64,000 nucleotides of DNA from the NCBI GenBank assembly GCA_013239625.1, contig MU053379.1, forward strand, positions 132,490 to 196,489, written 5' to 3'. Position 1 is the stretch's first letter. Each line of letters opens with the position of its first letter. The position numbers and the translations under genes were made by a program. The notes beneath the pieces were generated by a model. It worked only from the letters and a program-made list of their open reading frames with translations, was not told where the DNA came from and searched no databases. Below, piece after piece: positions 24,481 through 37,080 of this stretch. Origin of the DNA: Lama guanicoe (Eukaryota).

Positions 24481-27319
24481 GTGCAGAGAGCAACAGGAGG
24501 AAGTCCAGAAGCCCAGTTCATGACTTGCTTCTGTTACTCTCTGCATAGTTAGACAGGTCGAGTAATTTTTGAGGTTTTTTAAGTTTAAGGAGGGTAGGAA
24601 GGACTTCATTGTTCTTGGACACCTATTATAACTTTTCCTTCTACGAATTCTGAGGGAAATCTGCTTCACCCCTTGGAGTGCAGTGCTGGCCAGTAGGATG
24701 AAGCTCTGAGCTTGCAAAAGGAACCCGGGGTCTCCTAGGGTAGGAGGAACCCTCGTTTCCCCAAATTTAGAATGGAAGACCAGTTGGGGTGGGTCAGAAT
24801 GACTGGCCAAAATCCACAGGAAAAAAGGCCAAAGCAGGGTGGTTCTGGAGGACTAGACCTGGCCCTGATCCTGACGGGGTGCCCAGTGGGTGTTCTGGGT
24901 TCCCAGGGTGACACCCACATCCTTTTGGGAGCAAAATTTGAAATTTATAAGATTATGTAATTCTGTACCTTTGTAAATGTGTGTGTGAGAGTGTAACAGC
25001 TCTCTTTCAAGACTTTTTTTTCTGCAGCCTATATTGAAATATAACCAGCAACTTCCCTCACAAAGGAATACTGAGCAGTAATGAGGAGTATGAAGTGCAG
25101 TCTCTGGTACAGGTTGTCCTTTGAAGGACACCTTGCCACCCATCATTGTGCAAGGGATTCACTGAATCTAGTGTTCAAGACTCAGAAACCATCCCACACA
25201 CTCATTTTTCTCACCTCTTCTTTCAGGTGACATTCCTTCATTGATTTCCCTTGTGTTGTTTTGCAGGTGTCCCCCTGCCCTCTCGCCAGGACCTTAAGAT
25301 ACATCTCTTCACTCCATCCTTCCTACTGACATCAGTTATAACTTCCTCAAATCCGTTTATAAAAAGGACTCTTTCTTCCTAAAGAATCTGGGATGGAGCT
25401 TGACTCCAGAAGAAACTCTAAACTCCTTTGTCTAACATCTTGTCCCCGCTCAGCTGTCTGGTCTTCTTCCCAACGCGTCCTTTCCTGCACCCACAGGTTT
25501 TGTGAAACTCCACTAGATTTGTCTAATTTGCTCTGTGGGTTTTTTTGCTCCTGGAACACCATCTTCTCCCTTTTCCTAGCTTTTGAAATTGTATCTTCAA
25601 TGTCCTGTTCTCCTCTATGAAATCATCTTTGATCTGAACCTCCCCTCCGATTTGGAACCCATCTCTCCTTCCTTCATACTCCCTCTGTGAGTCATTCAGA
25701 CATTCTCCCACGTAACCTCTTGGATGCAGGAGTCAGGAAACCATAAAAGACTCCTGTGTGAGGAATATACATGTAAGCGTTTTCAGCATATAGACGGTTT
25801 CTCTAAGTCATGGGATTAGATGAGGTCACTTAGGAGAGAGTATAGACAGACATGCTGGCCAAGAAGAACACCAGAATTCAGAAGCCCAGGGGTGTGGCTC
25901 CGGTTATATTACCTTTGTATGATTGTGTAAGTCTAGCTCAGAGCAAGCATCAATCACTAGTCAATAATTGGAATTAAAAATGGAGTCAGCATTTCCTGAG
26001 CACTAAGTTTCAAGCGTTTGAGGTGTCCCTCTGCCAGGGGTGGAAAAGGGGGTCAATTATACCCTTTTTCAGAATGCTGGTCCATGAGCCATGTCTTTCC
26101 CACCAACCACTGCCCTAAGGAACAGCAGGTTATTGATAGATTCGTGTATCCATTCACAAACATTCAGAGACCATGTCCGTAGTGTGCACACAGTGAAAGA
26201 ACAGTTAACAATAAATGGATGAGATGTCACAAGGGTGTGAGGCACGTGGAAACAGGCCAGCACTTACAATACTGTGCAGTAAATGCCACCAGTGGGTTGA
26301 GAACAGCATGATTGTCTCCCATCAGCACTTGGATGAGAGAGAAGACATGCAGCAAGGGATTAATCCAAAAATCAGTATGGAGACACCTTTCTCCAACAGG
26401 CTAGTGAAGACATGCCCTCGAATCGTGCTGCTCCACCTCCTTTCAGGCTTTGAGAGATGTGACAGTGCAGTGACGGAAACCTCAACATGAGAGTCAGAGC
26501 GGCTGGGGCTCAGTACCGGGTCTTGTCACCTATGTGTTTGCTGGAGTGTTATTAACCCTTCTGGAAACTCAGGGCCGCCATGCAGGTATGTCAGTACCTC
26601 TCCTCGTGGCCCGAAGGTGGGGCTGAATCTGCGTGGAATCGTTCTTCATCCCGCTGATTCGCCGCTGCTTCTGCTACATGTGCTTCAGGTGTAGCAAGAG
26701 GAGTGGAAAACGGACTAGATACTCTCTCAGTTCCCAAAGATGTGCCTTCGTCTACAAATTGAAAATTACCTAAAATCTGGTAAAGTGAAAAGAAAAGGAG
26801 CTTTTCACTCTTTTGAGTGGAGTGAGAAGCCTTCTTCCTTACACTCAGGCACGCTAAATGCTGACTAATAGGGAGTTTTATGATATTTGTATGTGAAGCT
26901 AAGTGAGTCATGGCTCAGGAAGCCACGGTGAATGAGTGATTGTGAACCAGGCGAATTACTTCTGTGTACTCCTTCCTAGTTTTTTATTAAATGAGTCACA
27001 GAAAGGAAATATGAAACTGACTCCAGAGAGGACAATCTGTCAAGTAAAAAACCCAATCCAAAGCTTAACAACGGGGAAAAAAAAAGGACCGTGAATTACG
27101 CTCCCGAATGGGACCCTGACGATGGTGTGGGGCGAGCGTTCCCTGTTTTCAGAAGCAGGAAAAATTTGTGCCGCAACAGTTCCTATTCTTAGATAACAAA
27201 GAATGGAATTGGGGTTGGAAAGGACACTTTCTGAAATTGACTTACTCTAAATGAATACAAAAGTGGTGGGCAGCCCCACGTGCCAGAGACCAACACCCCA
27301 GCAGATTCATGGTCTAGAT

Positions 27320-27640
27320 GGTTCTAATGATTTCTATGTGAAAAGAAATCCATATCTTCACTAGCTTAAAACACTTCACTGTCTATCATATCTTATGAGT
27401 TCATAGGTCCTTACTTGAGGAGAGGTTTGCCTGGTAAGTTTTCTGGTCCGTGTGTGGGCTGAAGTCACTTGCTGGCATTCATCTAGCAGAAGTCTGGAGG
27501 GTCCAGGATGGCTTCACTCATGTGTCTGGCATCGTGGCTGGAGGTGCTGGGGGGCTGAGCTCTGCTGGAACTCTGGAATGGAGCACCTGCCTGAGGCACG
27601 TCCCAGAAGGCAGTCAGATTTCTACGGTGGTAGTTCAGCG
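27320..27640 (-). mobile_element. MLT1-family LTR fragment
   Basis: ctggagggtccaggatggcttcactcatgtgtctggc..gggggctgagctctgctggaact is typical of antisense MLT1. Confidence 0.6.
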
Positions 27641-27689
27641 TTGCCAGCCCTTGACTGACTCATTTCCTACCTGCTTCTTCTCCATCCCC

Positions 27690-28355
27690 CCATCCCCGTC
27701 AAAGACACCTCCCACTGGCCCAGCGCCTCAACTCAGAAGCCACCTTCATGTCCTGCTAACCTCCTACTCTCCACATCTAATTCCTGAGCAAGTTCTGACT
27801 GCCTGTTCTCCCAAAGCATGTCCCCAGCTCTGACCGTCGCCTCCCCTACCCTGGACTGGCACCCACCTCAGCACCTCCAGCCCGGGCTCTACGGATACCC
27901 TCCCATCTTCCTGCCTGGTCCTCCTGTTTCCTTCTTTGTCTCCCTGGAGTCACTTCTCCCCAGCAGCCTGAGTGACATTTTTTAAACAAATGAACCCATT
28001 CATATCATTCCACAGTTCTTAAACCCTCAAGTGTTTTCCACTTCACTTGGAATTACACCCGACTTCCTTACTGCCACCTGGAAGTCTGCCCAACGTGCTT
28101 CCTCTCATCACCCAGCCCTCTTCCCAAATGTTACTTCCTCTGAGGTGCCATCCGAGCCCCCGCTCCAACTCACTCTTTATCCTCTCTCCCTGCTTTAATT
28201 TCTAGAGGGTGCTTGTCCCAGGCTACAGGTATATCTGTTCATTTTGGGGGGTCTCCTCTTACATCATCACCGCACCCCCCGGGAATATGATGGTGCCTGC
28301 CCCATCGCAGGCGCTGAATTTATTTGTTAAAGGAGTGAATACGTGAGTGAATGAA
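27690..28355 (+). mobile_element. L2 fragment with 3' end
   Basis: cagcagcctgagtgacatttttaaac, cccaaatgttacttcctctgagg, ggtgcctgccccatcgcaggcgctgaatttatttgtt..gagtgaatgaa. Confidence 0.7.
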
Positions 28356-29294
28356 CATGTCAGTAAACACACAGCCCCTTAATTCCTCCACTCCTGTCAA
28401 GGCTCAGGATAAAGGCTCCCACGCTCCTGCCATTTTCCACAACGCTCCTATGAGATCAGCTTGCTCCTTCCTTTAGAATAATGTATGCTAACTTTTCATA
28501 GAGCACTTGTTTCATTCTGTCTTACCAAATTATTAGCAACTTGTCGGCTTCCCCTGTGGGTTATAGGCCTCTCTGTCTTTGCCATCTCGGGGTCCTGAAC
28601 AGGCCCTGCACACAGACTTCCAACCATCCGAGGTTGTCGATGCGCCGTTTAGAGCCACTGTGTGTTATGGACGAAGCAGTTCTGCTGCTCTTCATCCTAA
28701 AGGGAGACGCCTGAGATGGCCTGAGCTCCCTCATGTGAATCTGGAGGAAAGGTGTGCAAAGGAAATGTCACCTCTGCACAGCACCCATGAACATTTACTT
28801 AGTTAATAACATTTTTAATAACCAAAGGGAGTAACAGAGGCACAGGGACCTCTTTTTCTCTTTCGAGATTTTAGGATATTTCACGAGAACTAAAGATCCT
28901 TTGTACATAAAGGAAAAAAGATAACTAAGTTTTCATACCGTGTTTCAATTACTTTAACAATCAACTAGCGTTTCTTTCTTTTTCCCTCTTCATTATTCTG
29001 CCACCCTGTAAATAGGACAGATAATTAGGTCATCAGAATAACAAAAAGAAATCTGAAATAAAATCCTATTAAATTGCAAATTCCTACATTACTACAAATG
29101 TAAAAAAGCAGCCAAGCAGATATTGTACATGAATTTCCTTTAAGTCCCATGCTATTTTAAAGATCATAACCCTGTCTGTAAAATAATTTGAGACATACAG
29201 ATATGTCTAGAAATTTAATCATATTTTAAATCATTTCATCACATCTCGAAAACCAAATTAGTGCATTCATGCTGAAGCTTAAAAAGTGACAACA

Positions 29295-29721
29295 CCAAGG
29301 ACAACTGAAGGAGGAGCCAGAGCCCAAGGACCTGGGGGTGAGCTGGGAAACCACCATCGCCTCAAGTAGAAGCTGCACATGCTCGTGCAGGAGACCCGGA
29401 GCCGGATCAGATTCCACCAGCCCTGCTGGGAGAAACTACACCTCCCCCTGCAGCTACTTCTGCACCTGCTCCGACACTTCAAGGAGACCCAGAGCCAGTT
29501 CAGGCATCGCTACTCCAACAGGCTGAGCTGTCTCTGCATCCACCACCACTTTGTGCTCTGGATCCTCACTGGAGCTCCTCCTTCAGCCAGACTTTACTTC
29601 CCTTCCTCTGGCGTTGTTTTTCTTTTTTTTCTTTTTTTGTAATTTTTTTTCTTGCATGTTATTATGGCATCATCTATTTTTGTTTTAAGTTTATAATAAT
29701 AAAATTTAACATTTTGCAATT
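29295..29721 (+). pseudogene. processed retrocopy (5'-truncated mRNA 3' end), parent gene unidentified
   Basis: Flanked by direct repeat aaaaagtgacaaca (29281-29294, 29722-29735) at a TT/AAAA L1 endonuclease site; GC-rich coding-like part, T-rich 3'UTR-like part, AATAAA at 29698-29703 about 18 nt before the 3' end. Confidence 0.8.
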
Positions 29722-30229
29722 AAAAAGTGACAACAGTTTGCTACCAGAATAACATTACAATAATAAACATTTATTTGGGGAATTTCACCCTAAAATTTAG
29801 CTGTCTACAATTGAAGGGATGTATGTAAGTACACATCTAGTGATTAAAAGCCAGCCTTTCCTTTGATGGCAGACATAGATTTTTTTCTAGCCTGGCCTCG
29901 CTATTTACTAGCAAAATAAACTTGGATGAATTACTTGGCTTTACTTAGGGTTCTCGGTTATAAGCAGCAACAAAGGCTCTGGCTTACTTAGACAGGGAAA
30001 GAATTAATTAGAAGGATAACAGATGGGAAGGCTGGAAAACCAGGGATAGGAAAGCACACAAGGACAGGGAAGCTATCCAGAACGACAACCGAGGTCCCAC
30101 TCCAGGAACATGGAGTGTGTGTGGGGGGGTGCTGCCGGCACTAAGCCTGGACACTAGTTGCCGCCCCTGAACCAGACCCTCCCAGTCACCCTGGACATGG
30201 ATACTGTGAGCAGGGACAGGGTTGGAGGT

Positions 30230-30780
30230 CCCCATGGTCAGTCCTGGGTCTTCTCTTCACCGTCTGCACCCTTTGTAATCTCACCTGGTCTCAAAGCTTT
30301 AAATACTATCTTTATGAGACTAGTTTTCAAATTTGTATCTCCATGCCTCCTCTCCCCTGAACCCCAGACTCACATCCAGTTGCTGCCTGAATACTTCCAC
30401 GGGGATGTCTGAGAGAAAACTCAGCACAGCCCGTCCAAACCTGGACTTCCGTTCTTCCTCTCCTCCCCTCGGCTGCACCGGGTCGTCCTCATTTCAATTA
30501 AGGGTCACTCCATTCTTCGACCTTCTCACTCTTCTTTTTCTCACATCTTACCTTCAGTCCACTAGGAAATCCTCCTGGTTCCATATTTAAAATATATCCA
30601 GAATCTGACCTCTCCTCTTCTTACTCCTCCCACTCTGATCTGCAGCACCATCATCTCTCGTCTGGATTATTATGTGAGCTCCCTGTTCAGTCCACCTGCC
30701 TCTGTCCTTGACCCTTCACCCCTGCCACAATCTATTCATAGCACAGAAGCCAGAGTGATCACTTTAAATGTAAGTCAGGG
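30230..30780 (+). mobile_element. L2 fragment
   Basis: ctctcccctgaaccccagactcacatccag, aaaatatatccagaatctgacc, ccaccatcatctctcgtctggattatt, cacagaagccagagtgatc..aaatgtaagtcag. Confidence 0.8.
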
Positions 30781-31400
30781 TTTTGTGTGAATATAATTTC
30801 CCTTTAACTTGACTAAACAGCTAGGAATGAGATTTCTGGGTTGTAGGATAAGTGTGTTTAATGCTGTAAGAAACCGCTCAAAAGGTGGGGGTGGCCTTCA
30901 TGAAGGGGAACTGGGACAGTATATAAGAGCTTGGCACACCACATCGAACATAGTAAGAGCTCAATAAAAGTTAGCTATGGCGATGGCCGCAGTAATCATT
31001 TTTAAAAAACTGCCAAATTCTTTTCCAAAGTGGCCGTACCATTTTGCATTCCCGCCAGCAGTGTGTGAGAGTTCCGGTCGCTCCACCTCCTCCCGAGCTC
31101 TATGTTCAGGTTTTGTCTTATTTTGTTTTGTTCTCCATTAGCATGAACATACGGTGGTATCTCATTGTGGTTTTAAGTTGTATTTCCCTGATAACTAATG
31201 ATTTTGAGCATCTTTTCTTATATGTATTTGCCATTGTCCATCTTCTTTGATCAAAGGTCTGCTTAAGTCTTTTGCCCATTTAAAAATTGGGTTATTTCAT
31301 TATTACTGAGTTTTGAGAGTTCGTTGTATACTCAAGATATAAGTCCTTTATCTGACATGGGATTTACGCATATTTTCTCCCATTCTGTGCTTGGCTTGTA
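30780..31400 (-). mobile_element. old L1 fragments, antisense (interrupted by a MIR-like piece)
   Basis: ttccaaagtggccgtaccattttgcattcccgccagcagtgtgtgagagttccggtcgctcc, ggtatctcattgtggttttaa..ttgagcatctttt. Confidence 0.8.
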
Positions 31401-32049
31401 TGTGTGTGTGTAATATTTACAATTGGGATGTAATTTTCTCTTGCTCTGTGTAATATTCTAGTTATGTCTGTTTTTCGTCTTACCTCCATGGTCCTTTCAG
31501 GTATGACTGCTCATGTTCATCATCGAACTCCCTGAAATGTGTGGCACCTGCCTTGTCCGTTTTGGATGCTCGGTGCGAGTTTGCTGGTTCCAGGGGGGAC
31601 TTTATGACAACCTCTCTTGTTAGTTGGTTTCTCTCCTTTGTGCTGTTTCCTGACCTTGAGCCTCTACTTGCTTTGCTGTTTTGTTCTATCACTCGCTAAT
31701 CCAGAGCCTTGCTAACAAGATTCCCAGCTGCTTTAAAAGATGCCTTGAGTAAATGCCAGAAGGTACAAGTGGCATTTACTCAGAAAATATTTTTAGAGCA
31801 GCTGATGGTGTTTACAGTTAGAGCGATAATTGAAGGCATCATTTTCAATTCAGAAGCAAGTAAACAAAAGGGTCTTCTCAGCTTGAGATGTGTTGCCTTT
31901 ATAAAACATGTGTCTAGCCTGGAGGAGAACAGCAGCATTAAGTTATTCTCACCCTCCACCCTCTGCTTGACACCAGCAGCCACATCCTACTTAGAAGAAA
32001 ACCACACAGTCAAACAGTTTGAATTTAATTTGGTTTTTTGTTTATCTTT

Positions 32050-32900
32050 TTAATTAAAAAGAAATTCTGAGTAGGTAACGTGCAACAAAATATTAAAAGT
32101 GCAAAATGTTATACAGGGGAAAGTAAAGCTATCCCTCACCCCTGTCTAGTTTCCTTCCCCAGAGACAAACACTATTAGTGGCTTCTTCTGTATTTTTCCG
32201 GCTAAATTTTACACGTACACAGACATATGTTACATATGTGAATTTTATTCAAGTGGCATAAGCTGTCCTGTATCTTGACTGTCGATTGCCAGTATGTCTT
32301 GGAGGTCCTATTATGTCACGATATACAGACCTGGTTTATTCTTTGTAATGCCGGCGTAATTTTTTTTTTTTATCATGCAGCTCAACTGTGATTTGGTGAA
32401 CCTGCCTCCACCGCTAAGCACTTATGTTGTTTTACTATTACAAGCAACCCTGCAGTTAATATCCTTGCACAATGTCCTTTTGCATATCTGTAAAATGTCT
32501 AAAGATACATTTTTAACATCAGTTTTGTGAGTTGACGGGCATGTGCCTTTGAGTTTCAGTAAGACAGCAGACCCTCGTGAGATATTGTGTTCATCTGCAT
32601 GCCCACGAGCAGGCCTGCTTCTCCCGGTTGTCCCTAAACCTGTTATCAAACTTGTTGGCTTTATCAATCTGATAAATGAGAAAATGGAATTTCACTGCGG
32701 GTTAATGTGTGTGTCTCCTGTTGTAAATGGTGCTGAACAGCATTTTATGTGATTTAGGGGCTTTGAGGTTTCCTGAGTTCTTTGTTCATGTCCCTTCTCC
32801 ATTTTCTTCTGTGAGTTCTTGCTCCTTTAACAATGTGATGCTTGGGGATTTCTTTATATATTCAGGAAAATAGCTCTATTTGTGACATAGGCAGCACGTT
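32050..32900 (-). mobile_element. ancient L1ME-like 3' fragment, antisense
   Basis: ttccttccccagagacaaacactattag, caatctgataaatgagaaaatggaatttcactgcggg. Confidence 0.55.
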
Positions 32901-32930
32901 TTTTCATAGATTGTTATTTGACTTTTTAAA

Positions 32931-33052
32931 TTTTTGTTTGTGTTTGAGGGGGAGGTAATTGAGTCTGTTTATTTATTTTTGGAGGAGGTGCTGGGGATTG
33001 AACCCAGGACCTTGTGCATGCTGCATATGCACCCTACCATCCCCCTTTGCAC
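32931..33052 (-). mobile_element. camelid tRNA-Ala-derived SINE (vic-1 type)
   Basis: ggggaggtaatt..ggaggtgctggggattgaacccaggaccttgtgcatgc; TSD tttgactttttaaa at 32917-32930 and 33053-33066. Confidence 0.85.
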
Positions 33053-33522
33053 TTTGACTTTTTAAAGAATGTTTTTATGATTCTGAGGTGATTAATTTTA
33101 TGCAATCTCTCCTCCTCCTCTTCTTTCTCTCTCCCTACCTCCCTCTTTCCATCCTCCTTACCCTCCTCTCCTCCCTGCATTTCTTCTTTTCTTTCTTTAT
33201 GCTTAAAGGACTTTCTCCTCTTCCAGATTATAGAAAACCTCCCATATTTCAGTTTAGTGCTTTGGGGACTTTGTTTCTGCATTTATATTTTTTTCCTATG
33301 CAGAATTTTTATAGCACAGGTGGAGACACAAACACATACCTTTATCTGGAAGCTGCCTGGATGTTTCACACCATTCATGGATAATTCATCTTCCTCGGCA
33401 GACAGGCAGTGTCGTTTTTATCAGGTATCATCTCTCAGTAGAATTTGGCTTTACTTTGTAACTCTTTTCTGTTTCATTGTGGTCTTGCATTGGAGGGCTG
33501 CATGTACCTGTAAATATGTTCT

Positions 33523-33653
33523 TTTGGGGTGGGGTAGTAATTAGGTTTATTGCATTTATTTATTTATTTTTTAATGGAGGGACTGGGGACTGAACCCAGG
33601 ACCTCATGCATGCCAAGCATGCGCTCTACCACTGAGCTATACCCTCTCCCCAC
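33523..33653 (-). mobile_element. camelid tRNA-Ala-derived SINE (vic-1 type)
   Basis: tggagggactggggactgaacccaggacctcatgcatgccaagcatgcgctctaccactgagctataccctc is the reverse complement of a tRNA-Ala-like head; near-TSD aaa[t/g]atgttct. Confidence 0.88.
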
Positions 33654-33683
33654 TAAAAGATGTTCTAATAGCTAATTGGGATA

Positions 33684-34806
33684 TGTGAACAAAAAAGAAA
33701 CTGCAGACCATATTGATGTAGGAAAAATGGATGTGGGGCTTGAGGAGGGCCGTGTCCCAGGCTTTGGTTGAGCCCCTGGGACGTGTCCCGCCAAGTGTGG
33801 GTCCTTGGCTTCACGCAGAAAATAATTCAAGAGCGAGCCACAGGTAAGTATAGGTAGATTTATTTAGAGAGATACATCGAAAGGCAAGAGAAAGGCCATG
33901 AAGTGTCGGGGTTGGGTGCTCAGATTCGATTAAAAGTAGGTACACACGCCATTGACAGAGTGCGGGCTGTCTCCGAAGGGGGAAAGAGAGAGAGGGCGGT
34001 AGTGGCCATGAGGCGCCATGTTGCCAGTTTTTATGGGCTCAGTGGCTTCGTATGCTAATAAGTAGAAGGACCGGTCTAACTAGTCTGGGGAAGGGGCTGG
34101 GATTCCCAGGAAGTTGGCCATTTCCTGCTTTTTGACCTTTTGTGGCCAGCCTTGTGGCTGTCATGGCACCTGTGGGCATGTTATTCACCATGTTCATATA
34201 TTACAATGGGCGTATAATGAAGCTCAAGATCTACTAGAAGTCAAATCTCCCACCATCCTGAGCCTCAAGGCCTACTGGAGGTTGAATCTTCCACCATTTT
34301 GATGTTAATTGCTGTATCATTCCTTGAATGGCTGTGCCCTGCCCCCTTCCTGTCTCAATATCCGTAAACAAAGAATGTTGAACCTATCAAGACATCAGCC
34401 GCCACCAGTGAAGACCAGCCTGCAGCTCATCCTCCGCAGCCACTCACAGTGGTACCCTCTGAGAGGACTCAGAACAAGACAGGACAGGACACTGGCCCTA
34501 GATAGCTAGGTGCTTGTCAAAGGAATGAATTCAGTGAGCCCAAATTTTCGCTTCCTCCCATACATAGAAAAGCACTAAATTCTTTAACTTGAGATGTCTG
34601 GTTTTGTTTAGTTAACAAGTAATCTTTTAATGTTCCAACTACCTGGTCTTTGTTGTAAAGCTCCTATACATCCCATCTCCTCCCCTGCCTCTTCAGAGCA
34701 GTCCCTCAGAGTGCTCTGAGAGGCTGTCATCCCGGCTCTAGTCCTCCCACCAAATAAAACATAGCTCTCCACTTTTAGGCTGCGCATTTATTCCCCTTCA
34801 TTCACA
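33684..34806 (+). mobile_element. solo LTR (ERV1-like), interrupted by a second LTR
   Basis: TG..CA ends (tgtgaac..ttcaca), cctataca TATA-like element, AATAAA near 34753; sequence is continuous across the inner LTR. Confidence 0.6.
33714..34357 (-). mobile_element. ERV1-type solo LTR (MER4/MER51-group-like), nested
   Basis: TG..CA termini with 4-bp TSD atat (33710-33713, 34358-34361); ggtccttggcttcacgcagaaaataattcaagagcgagcc and antisense poly(A) signal tttatt near 33860. Confidence 0.8.
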
Positions 34807-34829
34807 TTCTGGCTGTTAATTTTTTTCAT

Positions 34830-37080
34830 GTAAATAGTAGAATCAGCTTTAAATAAAGTTTATTCTTTAAAAAACTCCTTTTTGTATATTTTTTAATGAA
34901 TTAAAATAAGTTACTGATCCCTTCTACCACAAAACAGGGCGTGTATTTTTTTTCATGCTTTCATATAGAATTTTAATGTTTTCTGCATATAAATCCAACA
35001 CATGTTTTGTTAAGCTAATTTCTATATACTACATATTTCTTCTATGATCTACATTTATTAGTATTTTAATTCCTCTTTCTCCTTTCTTTTGCTTCCTCCT
35101 ATTTTCCATTTGGTTGTTGTTTGTATAGAGCAGAATATTGATTTTTTTGGGTATATTTATGTACTCAGGCAGCTTACTGAATTCTGGTTCTAATAACTTT
35201 CCAGTTTATTCCCTTGGGTTTTCCAGGTATACAAACTATATAATACATAATTTATAGTAGTTTCACCACCTCCTCTCCAATTTTTAAATATCTCTTATTT
35301 CTTTCTCTTGCTCGGCACCAACAGCAAGGACCTCCAGAGCAACATTCAGCAACAGCGGTAATTGTGGACATCCTTGTTATACTTTCATTGTTTCCCATTT
35401 TTAAACAGGACGTTTCAATGTTTGCAGGAGATACGTAGCATCAAGGATGTAGCCTGCTGGTCTTATTTAGTTAGGAGGCTGTTTGCATGTTAGTGGAATA
35501 GATATGGAATTTTATTAAACACTTTTCAGTAAAAAGAGAAGGTCACATTTTCCCTTTGATTTATTAACATGTTAAGATGTATTAATAAATCTAATATTGA
35601 AACATCCTCAAATACCTAAAATGCACACCCCTTGTTCACGTGCACCTGCTCCTTAGACGTGCTTTCTGCTTCTGTCTGGTGAGATTTTATTAGATTTATG
35701 TATAGGGTTTTGGCATCATAGCTATTTGTAAGTAGAATTTAGAATTTTCTTGTTTTTCAGCGATTTGAAACAATTTAAACACAGGCTGAGGTATCTATTT
35801 TTTTTAATGTTTTGATAGAATTCTTCTGTGAAAAGCCCAGAAACTTGGAAAAAAATTTCAAGAGAACATAGTCCTTTGAGAGCTTTCTTTATTGTTTCCA
35901 GGGTGTTCAGTCCATTTAGATTTTCTAACTCTTTTGGGGCCACTTTCCATAATTTCTATTTTTTAGGAAGGCACCAATTTCATCTACACTTTTAAATTTT
36001 AGGGTTGAAACAAGCAATCTGTTATTAGTCTCTAAGTTTCTTTTTATTTGCATTATTTACCTGACCTTACTTCTCATTTTGATGATTTTGTTCATTCTCA
36101 TTTTTTTTATGGATGTAGTTAGCTATTTTACTGTGATCGCCTCCCCCAAGAAAGTCAGCTTTCAAATTTATCTACTTATTTCTTACATTTTCTAATTTAT
36201 TAATTAATTTTAATTTTATTAATTCCCTCATTCTGATTTCCTCAGTACTACATTGTTTTTTCCTAATTTCCTAATTAATTTTCTAATTTTTCTTTGTTTA
36301 AGTCTATGACTATTAATTTTCCTCTGAGCACTTCTTCAGCTGTATCAGGTTCTGATACATTTATATCTAAATCATATCTATACTTAGGGCCCTTACCCAT
36401 ATTAATATTTATTTATATAATAGACAAATTATTTTACTTTTACTTTACAGTAATTTAATTTTTGATTCAAAAATTTTTAAGCGGAAGTATTTTTAACTTC
36501 TAGGTAGATGAGCTTTTTTCACTTAAAAAAAATTAAGTACTAGTTATATCACATTATAGTCTGAAAATACTACCTGTGTTTATTTTCAGACTTGGCTGAG
36601 ACTTTAATAGTTTCATGGACACTCGAAAAGAAGATGTATTCTGTTTTTTAACGTGTATATTCATCTCTAATTCCATTTCCCCATCTTTCCTCAGGTGTAG
36701 ACTTATCCTAAATTTTGTGTTTGTAATTTCTATGCATAAATGTATATATATGTGTATATATACATATAAATACATGTACAGACAGGTATATATGAGTATA
36801 TACCTATGTGTCCATTTACAAAAGGTAAATATTATTCCCATAAAACTATTCCACACTTATATAAATATTATACTCTACATGTATTTTTCAATTTGCTTTT
36901 CAAATCTTATTCCATCTTGACACTTCTGTGCTGATGCATGTTAACTCATCTGCATTTATTCCTGCTGCTGTAGCCCTGCACTGTTGGAATGCACACAGAA
37001 TTATTATTTGTACTTTTCCCCCATAGGTGGACTTTAAATTGTTTCCAACAGTTTAAAATTACAAACAACGCTTGATATAC
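34830..37080 (-). mobile_element. cluster of ancient L1 fragments, mostly antisense
   Basis: AT-rich; ttcccttgggttttccaggtatac, ggacctccagagcaacatt..ggacatccttgtt, tttgatagaattcttctgtgaaaag, aattttcctctgagcact. Confidence 0.65.

Noticed and set aside
23975..26595. Scattered splice-like motifs (~23983, ~24011, ~25226, ~25266, ~26586)
   Set aside because: No convincing acceptor-donor pairing with an open frame; frequency is compatible with chance.
29338..29642. Functional retrogene ORF
   Set aside because: The insert is 5'-truncated with stops near its start and no evident promoter; treated as a pseudogene fragment. No parent gene could be matched from recall.
33105..33200. Polypyrimidine/polypurine tracts (also ~9536-9590, ~12370-12500, ~38885-38937) as H-DNA elements
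   Set aside because: Ordinary low-complexity tracts without long mirror symmetry.
33575..33650. tRNA-Ala gene
   Set aside because: The tRNA-like head is followed by an A-rich tail and TSD and is multi-copy and degenerate, so it is a SINE and not a functional tRNA.
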